A stretch of DNA of 64,000 nt from Callorhinchus milii (lineage: Eukaryota), in the NCBI RefSeq assembly GCF_018977255.1, contig NW_024704742.1, forward strand, positions 60,886,001-60,950,000, given 5' to 3'. The position numbers were made by a program, and so were the translations under genes. Below are positions 1-13,455 of the stretch, in pieces. The first letter of the stretch is position 1. Every line of letters starts with the position of its first letter. The notes beneath the pieces were generated by a model, which made no database searches, had not been told where the DNA came from, and was given only the letters and a program-made list of their open reading frames with translations.

Positions 1-3000
1 CAATTGGCTGCCGTATTTTGCCCACAAATACAGTCAATCACTTTTACAATGTAAAGTGCTTACAGTGAAGTGCTTTGAGACATCTCAACATTGTGATAAG
101 GCGCTATATCAAATGTAAGGATTCTTCTTATTATTGAGGATTTGTCTTGATTCATGTGATTCATCCACCGCCCTTTAAACCAGGAGTATTTCTGTTGCAA
201 AAGAAACAGTGGTGGTGTTCAGTGAGGGATCAGATAAGTTGTCCGAGAAGATTGAATAGTGAGGTGTATAACATTGCTGAACAGTTCTGTCTTTCCGATG
301 CCAAGGCTTGTATTTCATCTGCCTAGGCTTTCATCTCCATCAGCCTAGGTTGTATCCATCAACCCACGTGACAACCATATGCAGGAAAAGAGCCCAGAGG
401 CAGATCTATAACCAACATCTGCAGTGAAAGAGCTTAATTCCTTGACATGAGTGAGGAGCAATACCTTAGTGAGTTGCAGCTTCCTATAAAGGAAGTTGGA
501 ACATTTTGCCCGAGGGGTTCTATGAGGAATCGATGCTGCATTGTGTGGCTGTGCAGATAGCAGCAGCACCAAACATCATTGCTACAAGATCCTTCCAGAC
601 ACCCTCAGGAGACAATAATAATAATCCTTACATTTGGCATAGTGCCTTTTTACACTGGGAGGATGTCTCAAAGCTCTTGACAGGATATACTGTAAAGTGC
701 ATTGTCCGTATTTTGTGAATGAACACGGCAGCCAATTTGCACACAGCAATGTCCACGAATGGTTATGAAGAGAATGACCAATTTATTTGGGTGTTTGTTG
801 GCATCAGGAGATGGGGAGAGACTCCCTTTCTTTTCAAATGATTGTCATGTTTAAAAGGCACACAGATAGATACTCGAGGAGTAAGTGTATTAGCAGTATA
901 GAGAAATCAGAGAAAGATGGAATTAAAAAATCTATGTTGACAAGCTGAATAGTCTAATTCTGTTCCTATCATGCAGGACGGTAAGTAGAGTCTCCTTGGA
1001 GCTGAAATGGGGCTAAGGTTACATGATTGGCAACAGAATTTTGGAATGCTGAGTCAATTCTCTGTAGTAGTCTCGGGAGTCTGGTTCATGAGTAGGCAGG
1101 GTGCAGTATTTCAACACTGCTGATCACAGGTCAGTCAGTCTAGCTCATCAGCAGGATTTGAGGGGCAGATGAGACATTGGGAGCAGAGATTCTTCCCATT
1201 CAGTTCCTGTTAATTGTCAAGCCGAAGCGCTAATGGGTAGGGTTGTCCTAACTAGATAAGTAGCGTGAAGCTTGCTAGATAGCGCTTTCAATGGCAAGCT
1301 ATGCGGTTTTAGTGGTTGGACTTGAGCAGTACCCCAACATAAACTCTGGGGTGTTCAAGCTTTGGCTCTTGCCACCTTGCAGCTAATACTTTCTAGAATT
1401 AGATAAGCAGGGAACATCCCACAAGGGAGAGAGTGAACAATCCATTCCAGACCAAGGGACATTTTCACCTATAGTTGGCATACATAAGTGAATTGCTCCA
1501 TCTGGTCTGGATACTCTCAAGCATGGGTTTCCACATTTGACAGACACTTGACTGAGCAAAGAAAACCTATTATGTTTCTATTTCAGAACCACCATCAACC
1601 TGTTGTTTAACTTGAGGTCTGTGAACGTCACAATGCTACATTTCACTTAAGTCAGGAGTTTAATGGATCACAGCACAGTATAATGACGGCAACTCCGTTT
1701 ATATTCCCAGTGTTGTGAACCATTAGGTACAGTGACCATGATAATCATAATGCACAAGAAATGATTGAATACTGAAGCAAGTAAATCTATACCGAAAGTT
1801 ACTTTTCTTGCTAGAAAGTACGCTGTCCAAAAGTAGTCCAGAATAACAGATATAAATATTGTCATACTATTTCAAAAAAGTTGCATCCTTGATTGATGAC
1901 GATTAATAGTTTATGTAGCCATAAGACATAGTAGTTGTTACATCTTATATTTATCACAAAGCCTCGCAATGGTATAAAATGAATCATACTTCAGGAATTT
2001 TGTCAAGAGTCATAGTATGAGTGGGGCTCAAAGATTCCAATAGTCACGTCCAAGTTATTTCCTGACATTTTATTTTAGCTGAAAAGCACACCTCACCACT
2101 TGTTTGTAATTGACAGCATGTTTCCCTCTTCTATTCCTTCCACCATTTATTTTCCCTAATCTATCCAATCCTATGTGCACATCACAATTCAGAATGGCAT
2201 CTGTTCTCCTAAACCTCTGGCTAAACTTTAGATTTAAGTGCATTCAAAGAACGTTATGTCTTGTCAAGAGTAGAGCAAAACACTTTTCCAGTACACAATG
2301 TTTCACCATTATACAAAGCAGATATTAAAACATCTGTAATGGTGAAACTTGAAATCTGCTCAAGATGGGATTGATTCAAGTGTTACCAGGAATGCAACGT
2401 ATTAAAGATTTTATGCGTGATACGCAATATTGATTGAGGTTTGTTTTGGCGTTTTTTTTTGTATGACAATCAAAATGTATCCAATCTATTGATTGTCTTG
2501 TTGACTTGGAACATTTTTCCCCCTTCGGGCTGAACTTTATTATCAAACAATTGATAGATGATAATACTTAATTCTGAAGTTTTAGAATCATAACAATTTG
2601 AAGCAAATGAGGTGCTAGTATTAGTAGCAGAATTTAGCTCATAATCTAGATTTACACCCAGTGTAGTAATGGGAGAATACTGCTTTGTCGAATCTGAGTC
2701 ATTCAGGTACACATCTTTGACAGTCCGGCACTTTGAGGTGTCCTCCCGACGTGAAAGGCACTATACAAATGTAATTTGTTGTTTTTTCTGCTATCCTTTT
2801 ATCCACCATCGTGCCCATTCTGACTCTCTGAAACAACTGTCCAATACACCTGTTCTTCAGCCTTTTCCTGTTTTATATTTCTCCTTTTCAGCTATTTATT
2901 TAATTCTCTTTTACAAGCTCATATGGATTCTGCCTCAACCACAATCCCATGTAGGGCATTCAACATGTCAATGAGCTTGTGTGTGATCTCACTTTTTGTT

Positions 3001-3164
3001 CTTTTGGCAATTATCTGAAATCAATGCCTTCTAGTTACTGACTCACTAACGGGTAGTAATCATTTCTCCCCATTTATCAAAAACCCTAATTGTTTTAAAA
3101 ATTCTACCAGGTCTCTTCGCAACCTTACCTGTGCAAGGGAAAACAACCCCAGTTTCTACCATCT

Positions 3165-3406
3165 TTCTTCAGCCTCTGCCCCTACACTCTGGAACTCCAT
3201 CCCACGGTCCCTTTGCCTCGCTTCCTCCCTTGCTTCCTTCAAGGCCGGTCTCAAGACCCTTCTCTTTGATCGTGCCTTCAGTCACCCTCCCACCTCTCTG
3301 CCTTCCCTCACCCCTACACCACCCCTCCCCCATGCTTGTGCCCCGACACCTTGGGATGTCCTCCCAATGTGAAAGGCGCTCTATAAATATAATTTTGTTG
3401 TTGTTT
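3165..3406 (+). mobile_element. L2 3' end fragment
   Basis: CCTTCAAGGCCGGTCTCAAGACC...GGGATGTCCTCCCAATGTGAAAGGCGCTCTATAAAT..(TTG)n. Confidence 0.8.
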
Positions 3407-6400
3407 CCATCTTTTGGATAAGATATGGAACTGACATTGTATTTGCTTGTTTTTTAGGTGGATACTAAAGATCCAAATCCTATTCAAAAACAGACAGGAG
3501 TTCCTCTGGCCAACAATCTGACAGAATAATAGGTCATTGAGCTCATGGTTTAACCTTAAGGAACCTTGAGGTGCATAAAATTGGTTGCCATATTTGGCTC
3601 CAAAAATGGCCACTATACACTTGACAAAACTATAAAAAAAAGTACTTCTTCACATATTTTGATGCTTTAAAATGCAACTTTATTTTCTTGTTCGTAATTT
3701 CAGCAAGTTCAGTGTGTTTTCTCCTCACACGCTTCCCTTTGGTTTCCTGGACTAACACAATATAAATGTAACATGGAATTCAGTGCATTTTTACAGCATG
3801 AACACATGCCTACTGGGAATTCGATTGCTTTGATTTTTGATCCTCCAAAGTCAAAAGAGGAAATAGCTGCATCACTTCTGTCTGGGCTGGTTTCAAGCAG
3901 GATTTCAGAGTTGGAAAGAGTAGTGCTTTAGAACAATGTACCTTAGCTTGTGCCAGCCAGGAATGATTTCATCCAACATTGAACTGGTACAGACAATTGT
4001 CAAACTATTTCCTCTAATTTAAATAATAGTAGAGCAATACCAATTGTCGTGGTCTCATAAAGCAGGCATTTTAGCCAGGGCGCTATATAAGAGGGCGCTA
4101 TATAAGGGTGAGTTATTGTTGTTTTAGTTGGTATGAAAAACTGCCTAATAAAGTAATATTGATGACACAAAGCAATCATCTGCAGTTCACGGTAACTGCG
4201 AACGAAGCTTTGCGGTTAGGACTTTATACAGCACTTAAAAGGTTGAGCATTCCGTTATTGAAACAATGCAAACACCATCTGCTGTGTGACTGACAAACGT
4301 TACATAAATGTGACAAGCCTATTTTTAGCAGGTCATCTACAGAATGTGACTTTTAGACCTTGAAAGGTTAAACAATGTTAAAACCAGCTGCTGTTGAGCA
4401 ACGTGGTCAAAAATACCAATGTGCAGGTGTGTCTGTGTGTGTGGTGGGGTGGGGTGGGGGAGGGAGGTGCTTTCTGGGGGTTGGGAAGATTTTAAGAAGG
4501 ACAGAGTCGTCAAACACTCTTCCGACATTCCGACAAAAAGTCAGACATTCAATACCTCATTTGTCATGAAAGTGTCACACACAAGACGTGCATCGCAATG
4601 TGATTTATAGCATTCAGTCACATCTTTAAAAAGTAAAATGAAAAACGTTTTGACAAAAACTTTCACAGAAACTGGCTCTCCTTTGAAACCAAAATAGCAG
4701 GATAACCAGAACTGCACTGTAATAGCTAATGGCCCACAACCGAGTAATTACCTCTTGAAAGTTTTAAATCTTAAGTTATTTGTAGCTGGTATAAAAAAAA
4801 GTAAAGAAAGGTTTATCAAACTTTAAGCTCTATAAGGTCTGTGACCGGCTGTAAAAGCTGCAGAAAATTTCTTTTCTTCCTCTTGCCAATTTACTTATTG
4901 AATTTTCTCCTCTCCCTCCTCTCTTGAAGCAGTTTGACTTTCTCAACCGTATCAAAATGAATAATGTCATTGTTAAAAAAAATCATTTGAGACAATATGA
5001 AGCACTAGAGTTGTACCACTCTGTTGGTAAAATTTGTAGCACTCCCATCCCTTAGTCAGAAGGTTTGGGGTTCACATTTCATGTTGGGAATTTGAACTCA
5101 TGAGGTCAAGGCTTAAACTCCAATGCAGTTGAGAGTGCACTTTAAAACAAGATCTTGCGTGTATGTTCAAGTGGATCACAAGATTGGTGTGAAGAAGACC
5201 TTTAAGCCAATCTGATCTCATCCCTCCAGAACACCCACTCTACTCTCCTTCCTTCACAGCATCAAACTATTTTTTAACTTGAGTCCTATGTTCTGGCCTC
5301 ACCCACCCTTATTGGCAACCTGTTCTTGTTGTTTATTACTCTCAAAGTAAAGAAAAACTTCCAGGTATCTTAGCCGACAATCGCCCAAATAAAATTGGTT
5401 GTGGGATTTTTCTGTATACCAATTGGCTACAGTGTTGGGCTACAAAATACACTCTACACTGTATCCTGTGTAGCACTTTGAGATGTCCTCCTGGCATTAT
5501 AACAAAATGCACAGATTATTATAACAGATAAAAGTACTGCAGGAGCATTGTTGTGTCAGAAATAGGATTAAAGAAAGAAAGCAGAAGGTGTTCCATAAAG
5601 CAAAACCATCAGCACTAATGGAGCCTACAAGTGTTCCAGCACTTTAAAGGATGCTCAGGTAGCAATGAAGAAGTTACCAACTTTTTTAAAAACCCTTCAT
5701 CACAGAATCTGACTACTCTGATTTACACTCTAGTATACACTCTAGTGAAACGGCAGCAGCAGAAGAAGGAATGAGGAGCGTGTAGGGGGCTCAGAAGAAA
5801 CAATGTAATGAGGCTTATTGTAGGGCAGAGACTAAGGCTTCAAGCACGCTAACCTGTAGGTACAGTCTACTGAGAGTATACAAGTTCATGTCGTCTAAGA
5901 CAGACGGAATCGGTCACTGCAACAAAAGATATTAGAGAAGGAATCTAAAATCAAAACATCCCTTCTTCCCAAAGCATTTGAAATTTTTAATAATATAAAT
6001 GTCAACAACCTCTGTGTGCAGTTTTCAGCATGGACCTTGAAATGCCAGTTTGGACTGTGAGTTCTGTGAACCCACAACCTTCTGACTCAGAGACGAGTGC
6101 AACCAACTGAGCCAGGCTGAGAAGATGAAGAAAGAAAAAAGGCAGCAAGGCAGGTCTTGCCCTGGTCCATATTGAAATTACAAGGCTTGATCTTGAACCC
6201 ATTTCTTGTTGCCAAAATTGCAAAGCTGAACTGCTATATTGCAAAACATTTTCAGTTTACATTTTCGTTTCATCTCATGAGACGTAGAGTTACATAAATA
6301 TTTAAATTGATGAGAACTTCTGCTGTACTCAATCTTATTGCAGCCATTGCAATTATATATTAATATGTTTTAAAGAGAAACATGTACACAAATGTTCTGG

Positions 6401-9400
6401 CATCCGTAGCACTGACCCATCAGAAATCAAGCTCACACCCCAACAAGCACGTTGTTGCTTCATTGCCAAAACTTTTTTCTATAAACTGTTTATTTTTCAT
6501 TTTCCAAACAAAATATGAACGTATCAAAACAGAGGCTTACATTCTGAAACTGGATCCATATAAAGCCATTAAATAATAGCCACATACTCTATCAACTAAC
6601 TACAGTTATACCCCATTATCATGCGAATAATTTGGGGCCATATATTCACACAGAGTCAAAACAGCTAACAAATGGTCGCTGGTCAGACTTTCCAGCTTGT
6701 TGGGTAGCTGGTGACATGAGGAAGTATTGAATCAGAAAAGCACCTATTAGGTACCCTGAGGTCTAGTTATTTTTAACTCAAGACCATTGCAGGGAATGTG
6801 TGCCTGCCAGATGAATAAACAAAATTACACATTTCAGCCACGACAGTAAGACACTAGTGACAACTCTACCACCTTTAAAGCCTTCTGCTAACCTGCTCTT
6901 TAACCCCCCCACCTTAGAAAAACAAGTTAAAAAGCGACAAATGGAAGCAGGTACAATAATAATAATCCTTACAACTTATTGCGTCATTGAGACTTCTCAA
7001 AATACTTCATGGAATATACTATAAAGTGAATTGACTGTATATTATATAGGATTTTATTTGTAAGGAGGCACTATGTGATGTACATTATACACCCAATAGT
7101 AAAATGACAACTATCATTAAAATGCTGTGAGGTCAGTGTTAGGCTACCAGGGAAAATATCTTACCACACTGAGGTTTTTTTTAAAATATAAAAATGGCTT
7201 AAGTTGTGCTGACAGAGCTAGGTTTCCAAAGGAACTCATTTTCCTGTAGGTGGTGAAGACAAATACAGCACTGTTAGAAGTCACACATTTCTTTGCAGAA
7301 CTTGATAAACTAAGAAACCACTATTTAAAAAGAAAACAAGGAGGTGTTTTAATAACTCTCTTGTAGTTGACATTGGGAGGACATCTCAAAGTGCTTCACT
7401 GAATATACTGTAAAGTATTTTGGAGATGAACACAGCAGCCACCTTGGACACAGCAGTGTCTCTCAAACAGTCATGAAGCAAATGGAGATTATTAGCTGGA
7501 GATTGTTGGCCAGGACACTGGGAGACTTTCCCTTCTTATTTTCCCCAATACTTTAAAAAATAGTAGCAGCTAAAATAAAAGAATAAAAGATCACTACACA
7601 AAACATGAGACTTTAGAAAAGGATCCAATTTGCTCAACCAACTTAGTTACCTAGAAATATTTTTATGCTCAAAAGAATTGACAAAGTTAAGTCTTGGATC
7701 TGTGCAGCCAGTCAGGTTTTCACTCCAGCTTTTCTCTCAATTTTTAATATCCTTTAGAGTCTGTCTCTATCCTAAACAGCAGACATCTATAAAAATGTGG
7801 CCTTGATTATATCTGCAAGGCTATTGTTACCCTTTCCTGAAGCCTTCTCTTGAGCAATTAAAGCAAATTTTATCAGAACGTCAACAGCCTTTGTTTGACG
7901 CAAAACTTAGCACAGGAAGTGATGGTCCACCAATGGGTCCTTGAAATAAATACAATTGAAAGTATGTTATAACTTGATAAATCAAACATTTGACACACCA
8001 ACCAGACAGCATGACTCAAACATCCGATAACTTTAAAATACTATGGATATTGTTTTCAATTACAGGAAAAGTAAATTATTCTGAGCAGTGTGTATTGTAA
8101 ACATTGTAAATTGAGATACTGTGGATGAATAGTTTACAATTATATCATTGCATGGCTAATATAATCACTGATTAACCCTCTCTTACCAAGTTTTGGTTTG
8201 GTTACAGCTTGGTTTAGTAGACTAGATCAGAAGATTGCATCTTAAGTCCCTTGTTAGCACTTCTTAGCTCAAATTTTAAGCTGACACTCTGGTAAGGTGC
8301 TGTGGGTATTGTTGGGAGACATTATCCTTTGGATGAGGAGAAGCACATTCTGTTCTTCAGATAGACTTTAAAAATCCACCACTATTTGAAGAGTTTCGCC
8401 AGTTTACTGTGAAGCGCTTTGAGAAGTTCTCATGACATGGAAGGCTCTATACCAAATGTAAGGATTATATTTATTTTTTGAATGTAGTAACTGAAATTGT
8501 AGACAAACACAATTGCCAGGATACTAGGAAAAAAATCCTTTCTCTTTTCAGAGTGGCATGGGATCTTTAATGACCAGCCAGAGGGGATCTCACTGTTATA
8601 TTGTATGCTTAGGATGGCACCTCTGACAATGCAGCACAGCAGTGGACTGTCAACAGAGACCATCAGCTCAAAGTCGTGATTTAGGCCTTGAACCCACAAC
8701 TTTCTAATTCAAGAGGGAAGAGTGCTACTATCTGGGCCAGGACAACATGTGTCAATGCTGCGCCTCCAGGCTCAGAGCAACTGCTTTGTTAATTTCTCTC
8801 TAAGACAAAGGTAGCCTGGTTGCACAAATTGAAAATGTTTAGATTCCTATTCCAAACATAATTTGTGTACACCTTTAATATGTAATGTAATACAATGTAA
8901 TGCAAATGTAAGTTGTTGAGTACTGCTGACCCACCTCGTTCAGGAATCCGACTACCGGGACTGACACGAGGATTGAGTTAATTCTGACATTCTGTTCCTA
9001 ATCATATCACCTTGGAATTAATTTACCTTTCATTAGTCATTAGTTGTTTATTTTACATTTTACAAGAGCAGATTTGAGCTTTCATTAGATAAATAACAGA
9101 TATGTGCAACTCTGCGAGCAGCACATCCTGTTGCCCGCAGCTCAGACATCCATCCCTACCCTACCCACTGAACATTGGTTCTACCAGTAGGTGTGGAGCT
9201 TGAGCAGCAGCCACATAATTCTCTACATATCAATCAAAGTGGTACCAATCCCTGGATATATGAATGCGAGTTCACCAGCCAGGTCTCCAGGTTTGTGAAT
9301 ACCTTCCAATAACTGCCATCCCAAGACTCATCAGCTACTCAATGGACATTGCCTTCAGCGTTTTGGTTGCATACCAGAATTATATTTTAACCGCTTAAAC

Positions 9401-10156
9401 AAAAAACATGACATCTTGTAAACACTAGTCATACAAACTTTTTCAGGCTACTCATGGCTGATTAAAATCTTTGTGCACTGTGCTCACACCAGTGGGACCT
9501 AATCAAATCTAGCCCACATTTGATTCACTCAATGTCTACTCCAGGCTTTTACAATGAAATGTAATCTGGGTTCTCACCCCAGTTCTTTGGCATAAGCATC
9601 ATCATTAAACTGCTCAATTCAATTTTGCAATCTCATACAGTAGTAATGGATGTTGACGGGAGTGGGGGGGTGCATGAGAGAGAATGAAACTACTATCTGA
9701 AGTAGAGAGTACTTGTCTAAAGCTTGTGTTAATGCAATCTCCTTATTAAATGGAGCTTACCCTATGCCACTGAACTGGGAAACAAACGTGGGAAAAAACA
9801 GTTCTATTCCCAGTGCTAAAGTTCTTCAGGTTACTGAGCTGAGAAAATGTCAAAATAAGTGTAAAAGCAAGCAGAAATATAAAGGACATGAACCAACCAG
9901 CAAAAACAATGTTTAAATGCAGATTTTTTCCTCCCTAAATTGCTGTGATTTGCGATACCATTTGTGAGTGCCATTTGACAAAGTGATGGATTTGAAAAGT
10001 AAAGTTCTTTAAATTCATTTATGTGCCGGGAAGAAGCAGAGAAATGATCAGTGTTGTTTTATAAAAATATAAAACTAATTAAAATTAGGAAAAAAGCACT
10101 GCATTCAAATGAAAAGTTTTTAAAAATGTTGTCTATGAACTAGTTTGTTCTATAGA

Positions 10157-10162
10157 TTTATT
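10157..10162 (-). terminator. Candidate polyadenylation signal for a long (~3.2 kb) SPCS3 3' UTR
   Basis: AATAAA on the minus strand at the end of an AT-rich, repeat-poor stretch, followed by U-rich sequence. Not verifiable without transcript data. Confidence 0.3.
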
Positions 10163-13100
10163 AAATATACTATATATTTATGTGCTAATGAAACAGAACA
10201 ATTTCAATCCTTAAATCTTTGATCCGAATGTAGAAAGTATTAAAACGGTAAAATTTGGGTACTTAACCTTTCTTGGTAAACTAATGCTGGTAAATATACC
10301 GATAACCAAAACAGAAAAGACACAGCAGCGATTTTGTTCACATTCTTGCTGTGCACTTTGAAAACAGTAAAAGAGGAAATGCTGACACCTATTGGTAGAA
10401 ATGCACAAACATAAGAAGTTGCATTTTCAAGATTAACACTTCATGTTTGTACAAAATCCAAAATTTTCCTCAACTTTTCCAGTTGTAGAAAGTAAACAGT
10501 ATGAGCTGTTCTGACATTTAAGAAAACGTGTGGCAAAAATAAATATCAAATGTATATCAGGTCTGGCCAGAATCCGAATTATCTGTTATCATAAATTCAC
10601 TTGATTTTTATAAAAGATTGTGGAAAAAAAGTAACCTCTGGTACCAAGGGTTTACTTAATTTACATTTAAAGGTCAAATAAATTAAACACCAAATTGAAA
10701 AGTTGCAACTAAAATATTTAGGCAGCAAATGTATTTTGCGGTTTAAAGTTTTACCTAAAGGTAATCTTTTAGGGAAAAGGTAATCTCATTCCCCACCCTA
10801 TTTGAAAAACAATGGCTTGCATTTTTTTTGTTTCATTTTTTTACAGCTTTTTTACAGCTCTTTTCTCCTAAATGAACCACTGTGATCTTCATTTCATTTC
10901 GCGCTTTGAGACACAAGGCAAAATGCAAGGATTATTATTATTTCATATTGCAGTTGTGTTTATATAAGCCTTTAAAATCAAGAGTAGAAAAGCCAAACGA
11001 TGGGCTTATTTACAATACATTCCACCAAACAGTTGTGAGACCTGAATGAAGTGCTACCTTAGGAAAGGCTGAATTTCCCCAGAGTATTAATGCACAAAAC
11101 CAACACAAAAACCAAATGGTTGGAACCAGTGTATCCAGCTTTTCTTCAATATGGTATAGTTAATTTTATAAATCGGTTACATAAGATATGGTGGGCAGCC
11201 TGCAAGCCTGAAAAAAATTGATGTACTGCAGAAAAGACTGGAAGAATTGCATTCAAATGACAACCTTGTACACACTCGCACTTCCATCAGATGCCAAGTA
11301 ACTTAACACAGCTAAGATACTAGGGTCCATACTAAAGTGGCAAAGTGTCTTGCTGAAATGCAATTGCAAGAAACTATTTGGAATTATTCCTCAAGTCACT
11401 TTCTATATTAGATGCTGTTCAGAAGCCAGAGGTGTCCGGTCACCTCTCCGACTGGTGAAGTGGTGAAGGACATCCAATCTTAAAAATGGAGAAGGATCTA
11501 ATTTAAGCTAGAAATTAGTATAATTGTTAGAATAATCCACAACATGCTTGATGTACAAAAAAAATCAACGATGCTAATTAACACACTGTTAAGACAAACA
11601 ACCAATGGATAATTAACAACAGCTTACACTTATATAGTGCCCTCCACCCAAAGTAGCTTCTCAGAGAGCTAATTAACACTAAAGAACACACATACACCAC
11701 TCAATGGTTGCAGACAGAAGGCAGCTGCACATTGGACTACTAGCTCAAGGATCGCAGTACTGGACACTGGGTTAGCAGCCTTAAAAAAAGTATATTAAGT
11801 AAAGATGGTAACCCATTTACCACCAGTCAATTGGTACGATATTAATGCATGGCACAGCAGGCTTGTGCGTTCAACCATTATTAAGGGTGGGGAGGGGGAA
11901 GAATCCCACCTCCAGTGAACTCTAGGCCAGTATACATTAATAAAACTGGTTGCTCTCCTCAATTATGCGCTATTTAGCATAAACACATTAAAATTTTCCC
12001 AGTAAAAATAAATTTACTTTTCAATTTCAGGCTGATTTGAGGTTACAAGACAGCACTGATGTTAGTTAATTTAGCAATAGCTTAAGGTAAAACAATCAGA
12101 CTATGTGTTTGACCAGACTTTGTAAAACAACAATGTCAGACTTTCAACAATCTTGAAATTCTGGTGACTGATGTTTACGATCTGGAAGTGTTATACCCTG
12201 ATAACTAATGAGCTTTAGTGTTAGTAGGCATAATGATGTAAAACCTTTATCTGGTTTCATTTTACCAGCACATTCACTTCCCAGCTTTAGTTCAAAAACC
12301 TTGCTCTTTATCAATTGCAGTATTCACACTAATCTAATTATAATGTTCTGCACAAAATAAAACCACCGAAAAGATTTAATATATTCTGTTCCACAGAATA
12401 TGCACATTGCTGTATTTTTGTAGTTCATAGCAATTGTACAGTATAAATCATGTTATGCTGTATGATACAAGCAAACTTCAGACTCAAGTCAGTTAATGGC
12501 TTCAGAACAATCAGTATAAATACTCACGCTTCCATTCACTTTGTGTGTTTTTAATATACACCAAAGGAAAATATGAAAACAGACCCAAATAAAACATTAA
12601 AAATTGTTTACAGGGGTAGATTTTAGTTTTTTTTTAAATCTTTAGCTTGATGAATGAACATTAACTTCATACAGTTAGCACAACAAATGTTTTGACTGGA
12701 GTCTTGGCAGTCATAGAACAAATTAATAATTTACCATTATTAGGGAGGCAGAAACTTTTTGAAATTGTAAATTAAAAACTTGAGCACCCTAAATTTCTCT
12801 TTTTTCCCCCATATTGTGTAAATTCTCACTGGGAGATTGAGTCAAGTGGCTTTCTTTGGTTGGGGTGGGAAAGGAGGAAAAAAGCAGGGGCAGAAAAACA
12901 GAAGAGTGTGAAAACTCAGCCTTCCCCAGAACATCTAAAACAAGTGCACGAAGCAAAAAAGACAACAGATGTTTAAAAATAATTCAAGTAATTAAACGGT
13001 GCCTAAGCATCGTTGATTAATGAATTTGATCTTAACTTCTCTGGGGGAAGAGGCGTGGGGGGGAAAAAAAAGTTTGCCACATTAATTGTAGCTCAACTCA

Positions 13101-13322
13101 AACTCATATTGGAATTAAACTTGAATGAAGATCAATATTACAATGCAAGATTCCTCGTGCGTCTGTTACAAAAAATACAAAAACAGTCATTTGGGGCAAT
13201 TTTCAGATTTTTCACCCCAGCCACACAGACATGATATTTGGATATAAAAATATGTTCCAAGTTATGAGCTTCAAATTACAACAGTAAAAGGTATTTTAAA
13301 CAAAAGAAAAAGTATTTAAAGT

Positions 13323-13455
13323 TCAATAGCTCTTGGTCATTTCATACGAGTCTGGGAATGCAACAGAACTGTGACCTGAACCCACTACAAGAGGCAGGAT
13401 TCCAGCGTTTGGGACCACATTCCAAGACAGGGTCAAAGTGATGTTTTCATTTCCT
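13323..13455 (-). CDS. SPCS3: SPCS3 coding exon 5 (to stop)
   Basis: Acceptor TTTCTTTCAACAG; encodes [43 protein letters not shown]; retains an N-glycosylation sequon (NIT). Confidence 0.97.

Noticed and set aside
4078..4107. Tandem GGGCGCTATATAAG duplication resembling a double TATA box
   Set aside because: GCGCTATATA is part of the SINE/L2 tail motif common in this window, and no gene lies downstream.
1..10000. Exons of expected syntenic neighbours (VEGFC on this side; SPATA4/WDR17 beyond ASB5)
   Set aside because: I recognised no such coding exons here or in 62000-64000. Short exons could have been missed by eye.
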